From assembly GCA_005881435.1 (NCBI GenBank), contig VBHP01000031.1, forward strand, positions 15,242 through 79,241: 64,000 nt of DNA, written 5' to 3'. The stretch comes from Chloroflexota bacterium. Its GTDB lineage: Bacteria; Chloroflexota; Limnocylindria; P2-11E; CF-107. Positions 54,826-64,000 of this stretch are shown here, piece by piece (positions within the stretch are counted from its first letter, which is position 1; each line of letters begins with the position of its first letter). The notes below the pieces were generated by a model, which was not told where the DNA came from, did no database searches, and saw nothing but the letters and a program-made list of their open reading frames with translations. The translations under genes were made by a program, and so were the position numbers.

Positions 54826-56739
54826 CTATCTGGCCATCTTGAATACGTCACGTTGGAGCGCGACGCCGGTGTTCATCCGGATGATCTCAGCCAGCGTGTG
54901 CTGGTAGGTGATGCCGTACCGCTGCGCGATCGCCGGCAGGGCGGAGTCGTTCCGATAGAAGAACCGGTCGCCGGCTCGGAGAGCCTCGAATTGCCGCTTC
55001 CAGATCGCGAGCTGCAGCTCTCCGAATTCGGTTCCCACCACGTGGCGCTCCGAGATCATGCCGACAAACGCATCGAGCTTACCGACGTCGCCGTAGACGG
55101 CCTTCAGCCGCGCCGCGAGCGTCGTGCGTCGAACCCCGACCACGGCATCCTCCTCAGCCGCCGGGTCATCGAGTGCGATCACCGCCCCGTTCGCGTCGCG
55201 TAGCTCCACGAAGTCGAGGATGTTCGGATCATCGATCGGATCGAAACGATCGATCTGCCGGTCGTGTGGGAAGACTTGGGTCCGCTCACCGGTGATCGCA
55301 GCGAAGGTGTGCTTCGGCGCCAAACCGTAGGCCCGCCTCAGCTCGTTGTACGAGGGCATGCCGTGATCTCGTCCGCGCTGGATGTCGATCGCGCCAAGAT
55401 CGCTGACGCCACTGAAGCAGTCCGGATTCACCACCGGCTGGCCGCACACGGTCGGATCAGCGATCCCGGGCTTAGGGACCTGGAACAGGACGCTCCGCAG
55501 CGTGTTGTCGATCTGCTCGTCGTTCTTGTATTGGCGCTCGGAGGCGAGGCTCCGGAGGACCGCACCAAGACCGAGCTGGCGGACAAGATCCGGGTTGCCG
55601 AAAGCGACGTTCAACGGGATCACGAGGGTCACGTCGCTTGCGGTTCGTTCGATGCCGATGCCCTGGGCGGCAAAGGCCGCGAGGCGCGCTTCGGAATATC
55701 GGCCTGGCGCGGACGTCACGTCGAACTCGCCGTGGATCATGCTGTGCGCCCGATAGCCCACGACGGCGAACTCGTTAGACAGCCCCGCATTCACGGTCGG
55801 GTCGTAGCCGGAGTAGCTGTTGAGCCGAACGCCGAGCGCCGGCAGGAACTGCGTAAACGTCACGTATTGGATCTCGGCGCCGACCACGCGGCGCGCGATC
55901 TCGAACTTTTCCTCGTCGCTGAGAGAGGACGGCAGCGCGGCCACGATGCGGTTGTGCTCACGAGCGAACAAGGTATGAACAGCCGTGAGCGCGATGTTCT
56001 CGTTCGCGCGCACGTCGCCCGCCACGATCGCGCGCCCGGGCGTCGCGAGGAGTGCACCCATGAGGTCCATCGCCGGGGCGGCCGCGGCGTCCCCGCGCGC
56101 GTTGACGCGGGGCAGGAAGCCGTCGGCCAGAAGCAGTCGCGCCCCATTGTCCGCGAGGTTGCCATCGATCGGGCCCTCGCGCAGCCACTCCAGCCGCGCG
56201 GCGCTGACGCCGTAGACGCCGGAGCCATCGATATAGCTGCTGATCGTGTTCAGCTGTTGCCGCGGCGAAGTCTGGCCCGTGCCGGGGGCCGCGGGCGTGC
56301 GGAAAAAAGCGATAGAGCCGAGGTCGTCGCGGAACGCCTCGAGCGCGTCGTTGGGATCGAACGCGATGGCGGCGTTCTCCGCGGCGGTCTCGACGCGCAG
56401 ACCGAAGTCATGATCCAGGAACTGTCCCCACGTCCAGGCCCACTGCGTGAGGCCGTTCTCGGAAAAAAGATTCTGACCGACGTCGTTGAAGACCCGATTG
56501 CTCACGTACCGCGCGGCGGGTCCACCGACCATCGCGCTCGTGCCGTCCGCGTACCGCGGCACAGCGACCCGCAGGTACTGCGTGTTCGCGCTTCCCCATT
56601 GCGGATTGCGGAGGTTGTTACCAGTGCCGTCGAGCGTGCGACCCGTGAGGACAGCCGCAGCGGGCGTCGCCGGCAGCGCCATGAGCAGCACGGTCGACAG
56701 GAACACCAAGACAGTCGTAGACAGCCGGATCTTGCGCAC
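54826..56739 (-). CDS. Secreted haem peroxidase of the peroxidase-cyclooxygenase ('animal haem peroxidase') superfamily
   Basis: Signal peptide; WGQFLDHD distal-His motif; RANENIALTAVHTLFAREHNR proximal-His region. Confidence 0.75.
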   Translation of the reverse strand: MRKIRLSTTVLVFLSTVLLMALPATPAAAVLTGRTLDGTGNNLRNPQWGSANTQYLRVAVPRYADGTSAMVGGPAARYVSNRVFNDVGQNLFSENGLTQWAWTWGQFLDHDFGLRVETAAENAAIAFDPNDALEAFRDDLGSIAFFRTPAAPGTGQTSPRQQLNTISSYIDGSGVYGVSAARLEWLREGPIDGNLADNGARLLLADGFLPRVNARGDAAAAPAMDLMGALLATPGRAIVAGDVRANENIALTAVHTLFAREHNRIVAALPSSLSDEEKFEIARRVVGAEIQYVTFTQFLPALGVRLNSYSGYDPTVNAGLSNEFAVVGYRAHSMIHGEFDVTSAPGRYSEARLAAFAAQGIGIERTASDVTLVIPLNVAFGNPDLVRQLGLGAVLRSLASERQYKNDEQIDNTLRSVLFQVPKPGIADPTVCGQPVVNPDCFSGVSDLGAIDIQRGRDHGMPSYNELRRAYGLAPKHTFAAITGERTQVFPHDRQIDRFDPIDDPNILDFVELRDANGAVIALDDPAAEEDAVVGVRRTTLAARLKAVYGDVGKLDAFVGMISERHVVGTEFGELQLAIWKRQFEALRAGDRFFYRNDSALPAIAQRYGITYQHTLAEIIRMNTGVALQRDVFKMAR

Positions 56740-56957
56740 CGGAGCGCCTCCCCTGGCGACGGCCGACGGCCTTTCCGTCCCACCACCTCGCGCGCGCTAC
56801 GTGCCGGCGGCACCAGCGCCCCTGCCCCATTCAGACCCGGTGATCGCTCGCCACTGCATCAACGCCCCCGCGCGAAAGAGGCGTTACGAGCGTGCCGATA
56901 GGAAAGTCGTTCGACTGAAACGAATCGTGGGCGTAGGCAAGCGTGTCGAAAAACGGG

Positions 56958-57509
56958 TCATCGCGGCCACACCCGAGTGAACCCGTGCGGATACTCGACC
57001 ACGAGGCCGTCGGCGTCGAGCACGATGTCCGAGCGGAACGTGCCCGACTCGAAACGGTGCATCGTGCCATCGTCGCGCCGGACCAGGCAGGTGTAGCGCT
57101 GGCGTGAGATGCCGACGCGCAGATCGGGAACGTCGACGTACGCGACGCTCAGCTCCTGCGACGCCAGTGGCGCGAGGTCGAGCCGCCGCACCGGCAGGGT
57201 GTTCGTGAACGGCGTCACCGACAGATCGACGTCGATGCAGCCGTCGAGCGCCGCGATCGCTCGGCCCTCGGCGGTGCGCCAGTTGCCTTCGCCGTCGGCA
57301 AGAAGCACAACGCTCTTTGCGGCATCGAGCAGATCGACGTGCAGCGAGCGCGTCCGCCAGCGCTCATCCCATTCGACGGCGTAGCGTGTGCGGAAGGGTT
57401 GATCGCCGCGGATGCCGATGACCATCCCATCCGCCACTCGCCCCGTGACGCGACAGTGCTCGAACCCGGGTCCGCGCACCGGCGTCCACATCACCTCGCG
57501 CGGCTTCAC
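56958..57509 (-). CDS. Hypothetical protein (possibly glycolipid-binding DUF1089-like), translationally coupled to carB
   Basis: GTG overlaps the carB stop (GTGA); an internal ATG at 57491 is an alternative start; the upstream extension is antisense to carB and was discarded. Confidence 0.4.
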   Translation of the reverse strand: MKPREVMWTPVRGPGFEHCRVTGRVADGMVIGIRGDQPFRTRYAVEWDERWRTRSLHVDLLDAAKSVVLLADGEGNWRTAEGRAIAALDGCIDVDLSVTPFTNTLPVRRLDLAPLASQELSVAYVDVPDLRVGISRQRYTCLVRRDDGTMHRFESGTFRSDIVLDADGLVVEYPHGFTRVWPR

Positions 57510-60500
57510 CTGCTCGCCGCCAGCACCCGTTGCTCGCGGTACTCGCGCAGCGGCGCGACGCTGTAGCCCGCGCCTGCTCCCTGCAGCGCGGTGACGACGG
57601 CGCCGGCGGTGTCGAGCGAGGTCAGGCACGGCACACGACTCTCGACCGCGGCGCGCCGGATCAGAAAACCGTCGCGCTGCACCGATCGTCCCAGCGTCGG
57701 CGTGTTCAGCACCGCGGCGCAGGTGCCGGAGCGGATGAACTGGATGATCGCGTTCGAGCCCTCGTCGAGCTTCTTGATCTCGCGCACCGGCAGACCGAGC
57801 TTGCGGATCGCGTCGGCCGTGCCGCTGGTGGCGACGAGCTCGTATCCGAGCCAGTGGAAGCCCTCGATGATCGGCAACGCCTCGGCCTTGTCCTTGTCCG
57901 CGACGGTGACGAGGACGGCGCCCTCGTGCGGCGGGGCCATCCCCGCCGCGACCAGCGCCTTCCACAGCGCCGGAGCGAACGAGCGATCCACGCCCATGAC
58001 CTCACCGGTGCTCTTCATCTCGGGGCCGAGATGGGTGTCGACGTCGAGCAGCTTGGCCATGGAGAAGACCGGCGCCTTCACCGCCACGAGGTCGCCGGAG
58101 GGATGCAGCCCGGGCACGTACCCCAAATCGGACAGCGTCTTCCCCTGTGCGATCTCGACGGCGAGGCGCACCAGGGGCACGCCGGTGACCTTGCTCAGGA
58201 ACGGGACCGTGCGCGAGGCGCGCGGATTGACCTCGAGGACGTAGACCACGCCGCCCTGGACGATGAACTGGATGTTGAGCAGACCCTTTACCGGAAGGGC
58301 CGCGGCGATGCGGCGGGTGTGTTCGACGAGCTGGCGCTCCTCGTCCGCCAGCAGGTTTCGGGCGGGGTACACCGCGAACGAATCGCCGGAGTGCACGCCC
58401 GCGCGCTCGATGTGCTCCATCACGCCGGCGATGAGCGTGTCCCGGCCGTCGGCGACGGCATCGACCTCGACCTCGCGGCCCTCGACGTACTTGTCGACGA
58501 GCACCCGGCCGGTGCCGGCTTTCAGCGCGGCGTCGAAGTAGCGCGCCAGATCCTCGTCGGCATAGACGATCTCCATGCCGCGGCCGCCGAGGACATAAGA
58601 AGGACGCACCAGCACCGGGAAGCCGACGTCGTGAGCGATGGCCTGGGCGTCCTTGAGATCGTCGGCGGTGCCGCCCGGCGGCTGCGCGATGCCGAGGTCG
58701 TCGCACAGCTGGTGGAACGTGCGCCGGTCCTCGGCCACGGCGATCGCGGCGGCGGACGTCCCGGCGATGGTCCCGCCGATGCCGGCCAGGCGCTCGGCGA
58801 TGTTCAGCGCCGTCTGCCCGCCGAATTGCACCAGCACCGGCAGCGGATCGTCCGCCGTGGCGCCTTCGTTCGCCAGCACCCCGGCGATGGATTCGTCGTC
58901 CAGCGGCTCGAAGTACAGCCGCGCGCTGGCGTCGAAGTCGGTGGAGACCGTCTCCGGATTCGAGTTGATCATGATCGAGCGGATGCCGGACGCGTCCAGC
59001 GCGGCCGCGCCCTGCACGCAGCAGCAATCGAACTCGATGCCCTGCGCGATGCGGATCGGGCCGGCGCCGAGCACGATCGTCTTCGGAGCGGGAAGTGGAA
59101 CGGCTTCGTTCTCCTGCTCGTAGGTGGAGTAGAAATAGGGCGTCTGTGCGGCGAACTCGGCGGCGCAGGTGTCGACCATCTTGTAGACCGGCGCGATGCG
59201 CCATTGCGCGCGCAGTCCGCGGATATCCGAGACGAGCACTCCCGCGAGCCGCGCCACATCGGTGTCGGGGAAGCCGAGGCGCTTGGCGCGGCGCAGCAGC
59301 GCCGGCGTCGGCGTCTTGCCCTGCAGCTCATCCTCCGCGAATCGCACCAGGCGCTGCATCTTGCGCAAGAACCACGGGTCCACGCCGGTCTGCGCGCGCA
59401 GCTCATCGATCGCCGCGCCGCGGCGGAGCGCGGCCAGGAGCGCCCAAAGCCGGTCGTCGCGCGGCCGATCCAGGAAACGGTATGCGAATTCGTGCGCGTC
59501 GCTGACGGCGACCCATTCCGGATCCTCCCACAGCAGGCCGCGCCCTTTGAGCTCGAGCGAGCGCAACGCCTTCTGCAGGGCGGCTTCGAAGGTGCGATCG
59601 ATGGCCATGACCTCGCCGGTCGCCTTCATCTGCGTACCGAGCGTGCGATCGGCCGTGGCGAACTTGTCGAACGGCCAGCGCGGGATCTTGACCACGACGT
59701 AGTCGAGGGCCGGCTCGAAGGCCGCCGTGGTCTTGCCGGTGACGGAATTCGCGATCTCGTGCAGCCGCTTCCCGACGGCGATCTTGGTCGCGACGCGGGC
59801 GATCGGATAGCCGGTGGCCTTCGACGCCAGCGCCGACGAACGCGACACCCGCGGGTTGACCTCGATGACGTAGTACGGTGCCCGGGCGTTCGGCTCGCTC
59901 GACGGCTCGAACGACGGATCGAGGCCGAACTGGATGTTGCAACCGCCCTCGATGCCCAGCGCACGAATGATCCGGATCGCGGCGCTGCGAAGCTCCTGAT
60001 ACTCCTTGTCCGTCAGCGTCTGCGACGGTGCGATGACGATCGAATCGCCCGTGTGCACGCCCATGGGATCGAAGTTCTCCATGTTGCAGATGGTGATGCA
60101 GGTGTCGTTGGCGTCGCGCATCACCTCGTACTCGATCTCCTTCCATCCCACGAGGGACCGCTCCACCAGGACCTGGCCGATCGGCGAGGCGCGGATGCCG
60201 GCGTGCACGCGTTCGACGAGCTCGCCCGGGTCGCGGGCGAAACCGCCGCCGGTGCCGCCGAGGGTGTAAGCGGGACGGACCACCAGCGGGAAGCCGATGC
60301 GGCGCGCGAAGCTCTCAGCCTGTTCGACGCCGGTCACCGTCATCGATTCCGGCACCGGCTCCCCGATGCTGATCAGCAGCTGCTTGAACTTCTCGCGGTC
60401 CTCGGCCGCACGGATGGCCTCGAGCGGGGTCCCGAGGAGTCGAACGCCGTAGCGATCGAGCACGCCGGCGTCGGCCAGCGCCACGGCGAGATTCAGACCG

Positions 60501-60760
60501 GTCTGGCCGCCCAGCGTCGGGAGTAGCCCGCCCGGCCGCTCTTTCGCGATCACGCGCTCGAGCACTTCGACCGTGAGCGGCTCGACGTACGTGATATCCG
60601 CGACGCCGGGGTCGGTCATGATCGTGGCCGGGTTCGAGTTGACGAGCACCGTCTCGATGCCTTCCTCCCGCAGCGCGCGGCACGCCTGCGTCCCGGCGTA
60701 GTCGAACTCGGCGGCTTGGCCGATGACGATCGGCCCGGAGCCGATGATCAAAACCTTCAT
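57506..60760 (-). CDS. carB: Carbamoyl-phosphate synthase large subunit
   Basis: 1084 aa with two ATP-grasp halves, oligomerisation domain and MGS-like domain. Confidence 0.95.
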   Translation of the reverse strand: MKVLIIGSGPIVIGQAAEFDYAGTQACRALREEGIETVLVNSNPATIMTDPGVADITYVEPLTVEVLERVIAKERPGGLLPTLGGQTGLNLAVALADAGVLDRYGVRLLGTPLEAIRAAEDREKFKQLLISIGEPVPESMTVTGVEQAESFARRIGFPLVVRPAYTLGGTGGGFARDPGELVERVHAGIRASPIGQVLVERSLVGWKEIEYEVMRDANDTCITICNMENFDPMGVHTGDSIVIAPSQTLTDKEYQELRSAAIRIIRALGIEGGCNIQFGLDPSFEPSSEPNARAPYYVIEVNPRVSRSSALASKATGYPIARVATKIAVGKRLHEIANSVTGKTTAAFEPALDYVVVKIPRWPFDKFATADRTLGTQMKATGEVMAIDRTFEAALQKALRSLELKGRGLLWEDPEWVAVSDAHEFAYRFLDRPRDDRLWALLAALRRGAAIDELRAQTGVDPWFLRKMQRLVRFAEDELQGKTPTPALLRRAKRLGFPDTDVARLAGVLVSDIRGLRAQWRIAPVYKMVDTCAAEFAAQTPYFYSTYEQENEAVPLPAPKTIVLGAGPIRIAQGIEFDCCCVQGAAALDASGIRSIMINSNPETVSTDFDASARLYFEPLDDESIAGVLANEGATADDPLPVLVQFGGQTALNIAERLAGIGGTIAGTSAAAIAVAEDRRTFHQLCDDLGIAQPPGGTADDLKDAQAIAHDVGFPVLVRPSYVLGGRGMEIVYADEDLARYFDAALKAGTGRVLVDKYVEGREVEVDAVADGRDTLIAGVMEHIERAGVHSGDSFAVYPARNLLADEERQLVEHTRRIAAALPVKGLLNIQFIVQGGVVYVLEVNPRASRTVPFLSKVTGVPLVRLAVEIAQGKTLSDLGYVPGLHPSGDLVAVKAPVFSMAKLLDVDTHLGPEMKSTGEVMGVDRSFAPALWKALVAAGMAPPHEGAVLVTVADKDKAEALPIIEGFHWLGYELVATSGTADAIRKLGLPVREIKKLDEGSNAIIQFIRSGTCAAVLNTPTLGRSVQRDGFLIRRAAVESRVPCLTSLDTAGAVVTALQGAGAGYSVAPLREYREQRVLAASR

Positions 60761-60776
60761 CGGATGCCGTCGTGGC

Positions 60777-61907
60777 TCATGCGCCGCTCCGGCACAGCGC
60801 GATGAAATCGGCGAACGCGGACTGATTGTCTTCCGGGCCCGGAGCCGCTTCGGGATGGAACTGCAGTGTCCGGATCGGTAGCGTCTTGTGCGCCAGTCCC
60901 TCGACGCTGCCGTCGTTCAGGTTGCGGTGGCTGACGTAGAAGCCGCTCTCCGCGGCGAGCGATTTCTCATCGACCTGGAACTCGTGGTTCTGCGAGGTGA
61001 TCGCGACGCGCCCGGTGCGCACGTCCTGGACCGGATGGTTCGCGCCGTGATGTCCGAAGGGCAGACGCGAGGTCGTCGCTCCGATCGCGCGCGCGAGCAG
61101 CTGATGACCGAGGCAGATGCCGAAGATCGGCAGTGGATGACCGTTGCCGCGGGTGGTCGAGGCGTCGAGCAGAAGACGGGTGGTCTGGACCGCGGCGTCG
61201 AGGCTCGCCGGATCGCCGGGGCCGTTGGATAGGAGGATGCCGTCGGGCCGCCAGCCCAGGATCTCGGAGGCCTTCGCCGCCGCCGGAAAGAGCCGCACCG
61301 TCGCCCCGTATGCGGAAAGCAGCCGGAGCTGTTGCTCCTTCACGCCCGTATCCAGCAGCGCGATCCGCGGACCTCCCGACCGACCGTCCTGCTGGCGGAG
61401 GGCGCCGCTGACCTCGGCCACGACGGGACGATCAGCGAGGCGCGGGACGGCGCGGGCCTTGGCGATCGCCTCCTGTGCCGCCGCGACAGCCCCCGCTTCT
61501 TCCGGACGCACCTGCAGCAGGTAGCCGCGCATCGTGCCCTTCGATCGCAGCCGGCGCACCAAGGCCCTGGTGTCGATGCCGGCGAGCCCCGGAACGCCGT
61601 ACGAGCGCAGGTATTCGTGGAACGATGCGACGCCGCCTCGCGTGGGCTCGTTCAGCTCGCGGACGACGATCGCCTCGGCCCACGGCCGCCGCGATTCAGC
61701 GGCGCGCGCAAAAGTGCCGTAGTTCCCGATCAGCGGATAGGTGAAGACGACGATCTGTCCGCGATACGACGCGTCCGTCGCCACCTCCTGGTATCCGGTC
61801 ATCGCGGTGTTGAAGACGACTTCGGCGCCGACGCTGACGGCGTCGCCGAAGGCTTCGCCCCAGAACGTCGATCCGTCTTCCAGCGCCAGGACGGTGGCTC
61901 GTTGCAT
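60777..61907 (-). CDS. carA: Carbamoyl-phosphate synthase small subunit
   Basis: Start at the internal ATG (MQRATVLALEDGS); glutamine amidotransferase GICLGHQ, HE. Confidence 0.9.
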   Translation of the reverse strand: MQRATVLALEDGSTFWGEAFGDAVSVGAEVVFNTAMTGYQEVATDASYRGQIVVFTYPLIGNYGTFARAAESRRPWAEAIVVRELNEPTRGGVASFHEYLRSYGVPGLAGIDTRALVRRLRSKGTMRGYLLQVRPEEAGAVAAAQEAIAKARAVPRLADRPVVAEVSGALRQQDGRSGGPRIALLDTGVKEQQLRLLSAYGATVRLFPAAAKASEILGWRPDGILLSNGPGDPASLDAAVQTTRLLLDASTTRGNGHPLPIFGICLGHQLLARAIGATTSRLPFGHHGANHPVQDVRTGRVAITSQNHEFQVDEKSLAAESGFYVSHRNLNDGSVEGLAHKTLPIRTLQFHPEAAPGPEDNQSAFADFIALCRSGA

Positions 61908-61987
61908 CGGTGAATAACTATACGGATGGTCTGCATAAAGATTCAATTGCCATTCGGTCAGTCGCTGTCCGTTCGTCCTCGCCTGTC

Positions 61988-63250
61988 TCACTCGAGGCGC
62001 TGCTCTCCCTCGACGAAGGCGGCCACGACCCGACCGCCCATGCGCCGCCCCAGCAACGGCGTGTTCTTGCCGCGCGAGATGAGCGCGTCGATGGCCACCG
62101 TCCATTCGGCGTCCGGATCGATGAGCACGACGTCGCGAGCGAGCGATGGCGCGTCCAGCCCGAAGCACCGCGCCGGTCCCACGGTGAGGCGTTCGATCAG
62201 CACTCCCAGGTCGATCCATCCCGCGCCCGCGGCGTCGAGCAAGACGGACAGCGCAGTCTCGAGTCCGCTGATGCCGAACGCGGCCTGGTCGTACTCGACG
62301 TCCTTGTAGGTTGAGGCGTGCGGGGCGTGGTCGGTCGCGATCGCGTCGATCGTGCCGTCGCGAAGGCCCTGCCACAGCGCCTCGATGTCGGCGCGAGGAC
62401 GCAGCGGCGGGTTCACTTTCGTGGCCGTGTCGTATGGCGCGGCCGCGGCGCTGCCGTTCCGGCGATCCCAGGCGAAGGTGCGATCGCCCGCGACCCAGTC
62501 GTCGGTCAACGCCAGATGGTGCGGCGTGACCTCACAGGTCACCGGCACCCCTTCGCGTTTGGCCGCTCGCACCAGCGCCACGCCGCGTGCGGTCGACACG
62601 TGCGCGATGTGCACACGCCCGCCGGTGAGCCGCGCCAGCGCGAGGTCGCGTGCGATGGCCGTCTCCTCCGCGGCGCTCGGAATGCCGGGCAGGCCGAGGA
62701 GCGCGCTGGCCTCGCCTTCATGCATCACCCCGTTCGCCGCCAGCACCGCGTCCTGAGCGTGGTCGGCGATCACGCGCCCGGTGGCGCGGGCGTACTCCAG
62801 CGCGTAGCGCATCAGTCGCGCGTCCTGCAGTGGCGCGCCGTCGTCGGAGAACGCGACCGCGCCGGCATCGGCAAGCTCCGCCATATCCGACAGCGCCACG
62901 CCCTTGCGGGCGCGCGTGATCGACCCGATCGGCAGCACGCGCGCCGCCTTCGCCGCCGCGGCGCGCTCGCGGACCTCCTCCAGCAAGCCGGGCGCGTCGA
63001 GGACCGGCTCGGTGTTGGGCATGCAGCACACCGTGGTGAACCCGCCGCGAAGCGCGGCGCGCGCACCATCGGCGATCGTCTCGCTCTCTTCGAAGCCGGG
63101 CTCGCGGAGGTGCGTGTGGAGGTCGATGAAGCCAGGAGTCGCGATGAGCCCGGCTGCGTCGATCGTGCCGGCGCGATCGCCGATCGACAGCTCGCGGATC
63201 TCGTCGGTCCCGCTAGTGGGGTCGATGACTCGCGCGCCGACGATCCTCAA
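61988..63250 (-). CDS. pyrC: Dihydroorotase
   Basis: FIDLHTHLREPG...; TTG start overlapping the pyrB stop (TTGA). Confidence 0.8.
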   Translation of the reverse strand: MRIVGARVIDPTSGTDEIRELSIGDRAGTIDAAGLIATPGFIDLHTHLREPGFEESETIADGARAALRGGFTTVCCMPNTEPVLDAPGLLEEVRERAAAAKAARVLPIGSITRARKGVALSDMAELADAGAVAFSDDGAPLQDARLMRYALEYARATGRVIADHAQDAVLAANGVMHEGEASALLGLPGIPSAAEETAIARDLALARLTGGRVHIAHVSTARGVALVRAAKREGVPVTCEVTPHHLALTDDWVAGDRTFAWDRRNGSAAAAPYDTATKVNPPLRPRADIEALWQGLRDGTIDAIATDHAPHASTYKDVEYDQAAFGISGLETALSVLLDAAGAGWIDLGVLIERLTVGPARCFGLDAPSLARDVVLIDPDAEWTVAIDALISRGKNTPLLGRRMGGRVVAAFVEGEQRLE

Positions 63251-64000
63251 TCCGGCACCTCCGTCCCGGCGAGCAGGTACAGCAGCGCCATGCGCACGGC
63301 CACGCCGTTCGTCACCTGCTCCTCGATCACCGCGCGCGGTCCGCGGGCCACCGCGGCCGCGATCTCCACGCCTTCGTTCAGCGGCCCCGGATGGAGGACC
63401 GGCGCGCCCGGCTTCGTCACCGCGAGACGCGCTTCGGTGATTCCCCAGACGCGGGCGTATTCGCGGGTCGAGGGAAGAAGTCCGGCGCTCATCCGCTCCT
63501 TCTGTAGCCGCAATGCCATCACCGCGTCGACACCTTCCAGTGCTCGTCCGAGGTCCGTCTCGACGCGCACGCCGGCTGGCGCGTGGCCGCAGCGCCACGC
63601 CGCCGGCAGCAACGTCGGCGGCCCGCATAGGACGACCTCGGCTCCGAGCGCGCGAAGGGCGTGCACGTTCGAACGCGCCACGCGCGAGTGCAGGACGTCG
63701 CCGACGATCGCGACGGTCTTGTTCGAGAGCGTCCCCAGGCGCGCGCGCAGGGTGAACGCGTCGAGCAGCGCTTGAGACGGATGCGCGTGCCAGCCGTCGC
63801 CGGCGTTCACCACCGACGCCTCGACACGGTCCGCTACGAAGTAGGGCGCTCCGGACGAGCCGTGGCGCAGCACGATGACGTCGCCGCCGAGCGCTTGCAG
63901 CGTCCGCACGCTGTCCAGCAGCGACTCCCCCTTCTCCACGCTCGAGCCGGAGCTGGTGATGTTGACGACGTCGGCGGAGAGCGCCTTCGCCGCAAGCTCG
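63247..64000 (-). CDS. pyrB: Aspartate carbamoyltransferase catalytic subunit (C-terminal part; the gene continues beyond the window end)
   Basis: HPSQALLD and the C-terminal ATCase region; no start codon inside the window. Confidence 0.85.
   Translation of the reverse strand, partial: ELAAKALSADVVNITSSGSSVEKGESLLDSVRTLQALGGDVIVLRHGSSGAPYFVADRVEASVVNAGDGWHAHPSQALLDAFTLRARLGTLSNKTVAIVGDVLHSRVARSNVHALRALGAEVVLCGPPTLLPAAWRCGHAPAGVRVETDLGRALEGVDAVMALRLQKERMSAGLLPSTREYARVWGITEARLAVTKPGAPVLHPGPLNEGVEIAAAVARGPRAVIEEQVTNGVAVRMALLYLLAGTEVPD

Noticed and set aside
1-64000. CRISPR arrays, rRNA, IS elements or transposases
   Set aside because: No short regularly spaced direct repeats, no transposase or integrase ORFs and no rRNA-like conserved stretches were found on either strand.

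Overview
High-GC (about 70%) actinobacterial-type chromosomal segment, densely coded on both strands. It carries no transposase, integrase, CRISPR array or rRNA, and has one tRNA-Lys(UUU). Many adjacent genes are translationally coupled through overlapping stop/start codons (ATGA, GTGA, TTGA, TAGTG). Recognisable blocks are:
(1) 390-3982: DedA, coupled to a PAP2-phosphatase::GH38 alpha-mannosidase fusion.
(2) 4369-7652: a pair of dynamin-like GTPases.
(3) 8618-15065: a glycosyl-glycerate (mannosyl-/glucosyl-glycerate type) compatible-solute locus. It encodes a GT78 MGS/MggS-like synthase, a GDE-type glycoside hydrolase, a GT4 transferase, and a glucosyl-3-phosphoglycerate synthase (GpgS) fused to an N-terminal tandem universal-stress-protein domain.
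(4) 15154-16326: an orphan receiver::CpaE/TadZ-like ATPase.
(5) 19402-23994: coaD-coaX-coaBC plus hutI and a formiminotransferase.
(6) 24489-26772: a GNAT-like gene, a small ORF, and an NSAR/OSBS enolase.
(7) 31091-32868: Ku next to an Rv2578c-like radical-SAM gene preceded by a Gram-positive-type LexA box.
(8) 33768-37487: an AAA+ ATPase / membrane protein / 26-aa micropeptide operon, divergent from tRNA-Lys and a ParB-like nuclease-fold protein with a lysine-rich tail.
(9) 52036-64000: a pyrimidine operon (pyrB-pyrC-carA-carB ... pyrK-pyrD) interrupted by a secreted animal-type haem peroxidase and a DUF gene.
The most plausible candidates for an undescribed system are the USP::GpgS osmolyte locus together with the DedA/PAP2::GH38 module, and the AAA+/membrane/micropeptide operon with the tRNA-linked ParB-like gene. 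All calls rest on motif recognition by eye, with no database searches.
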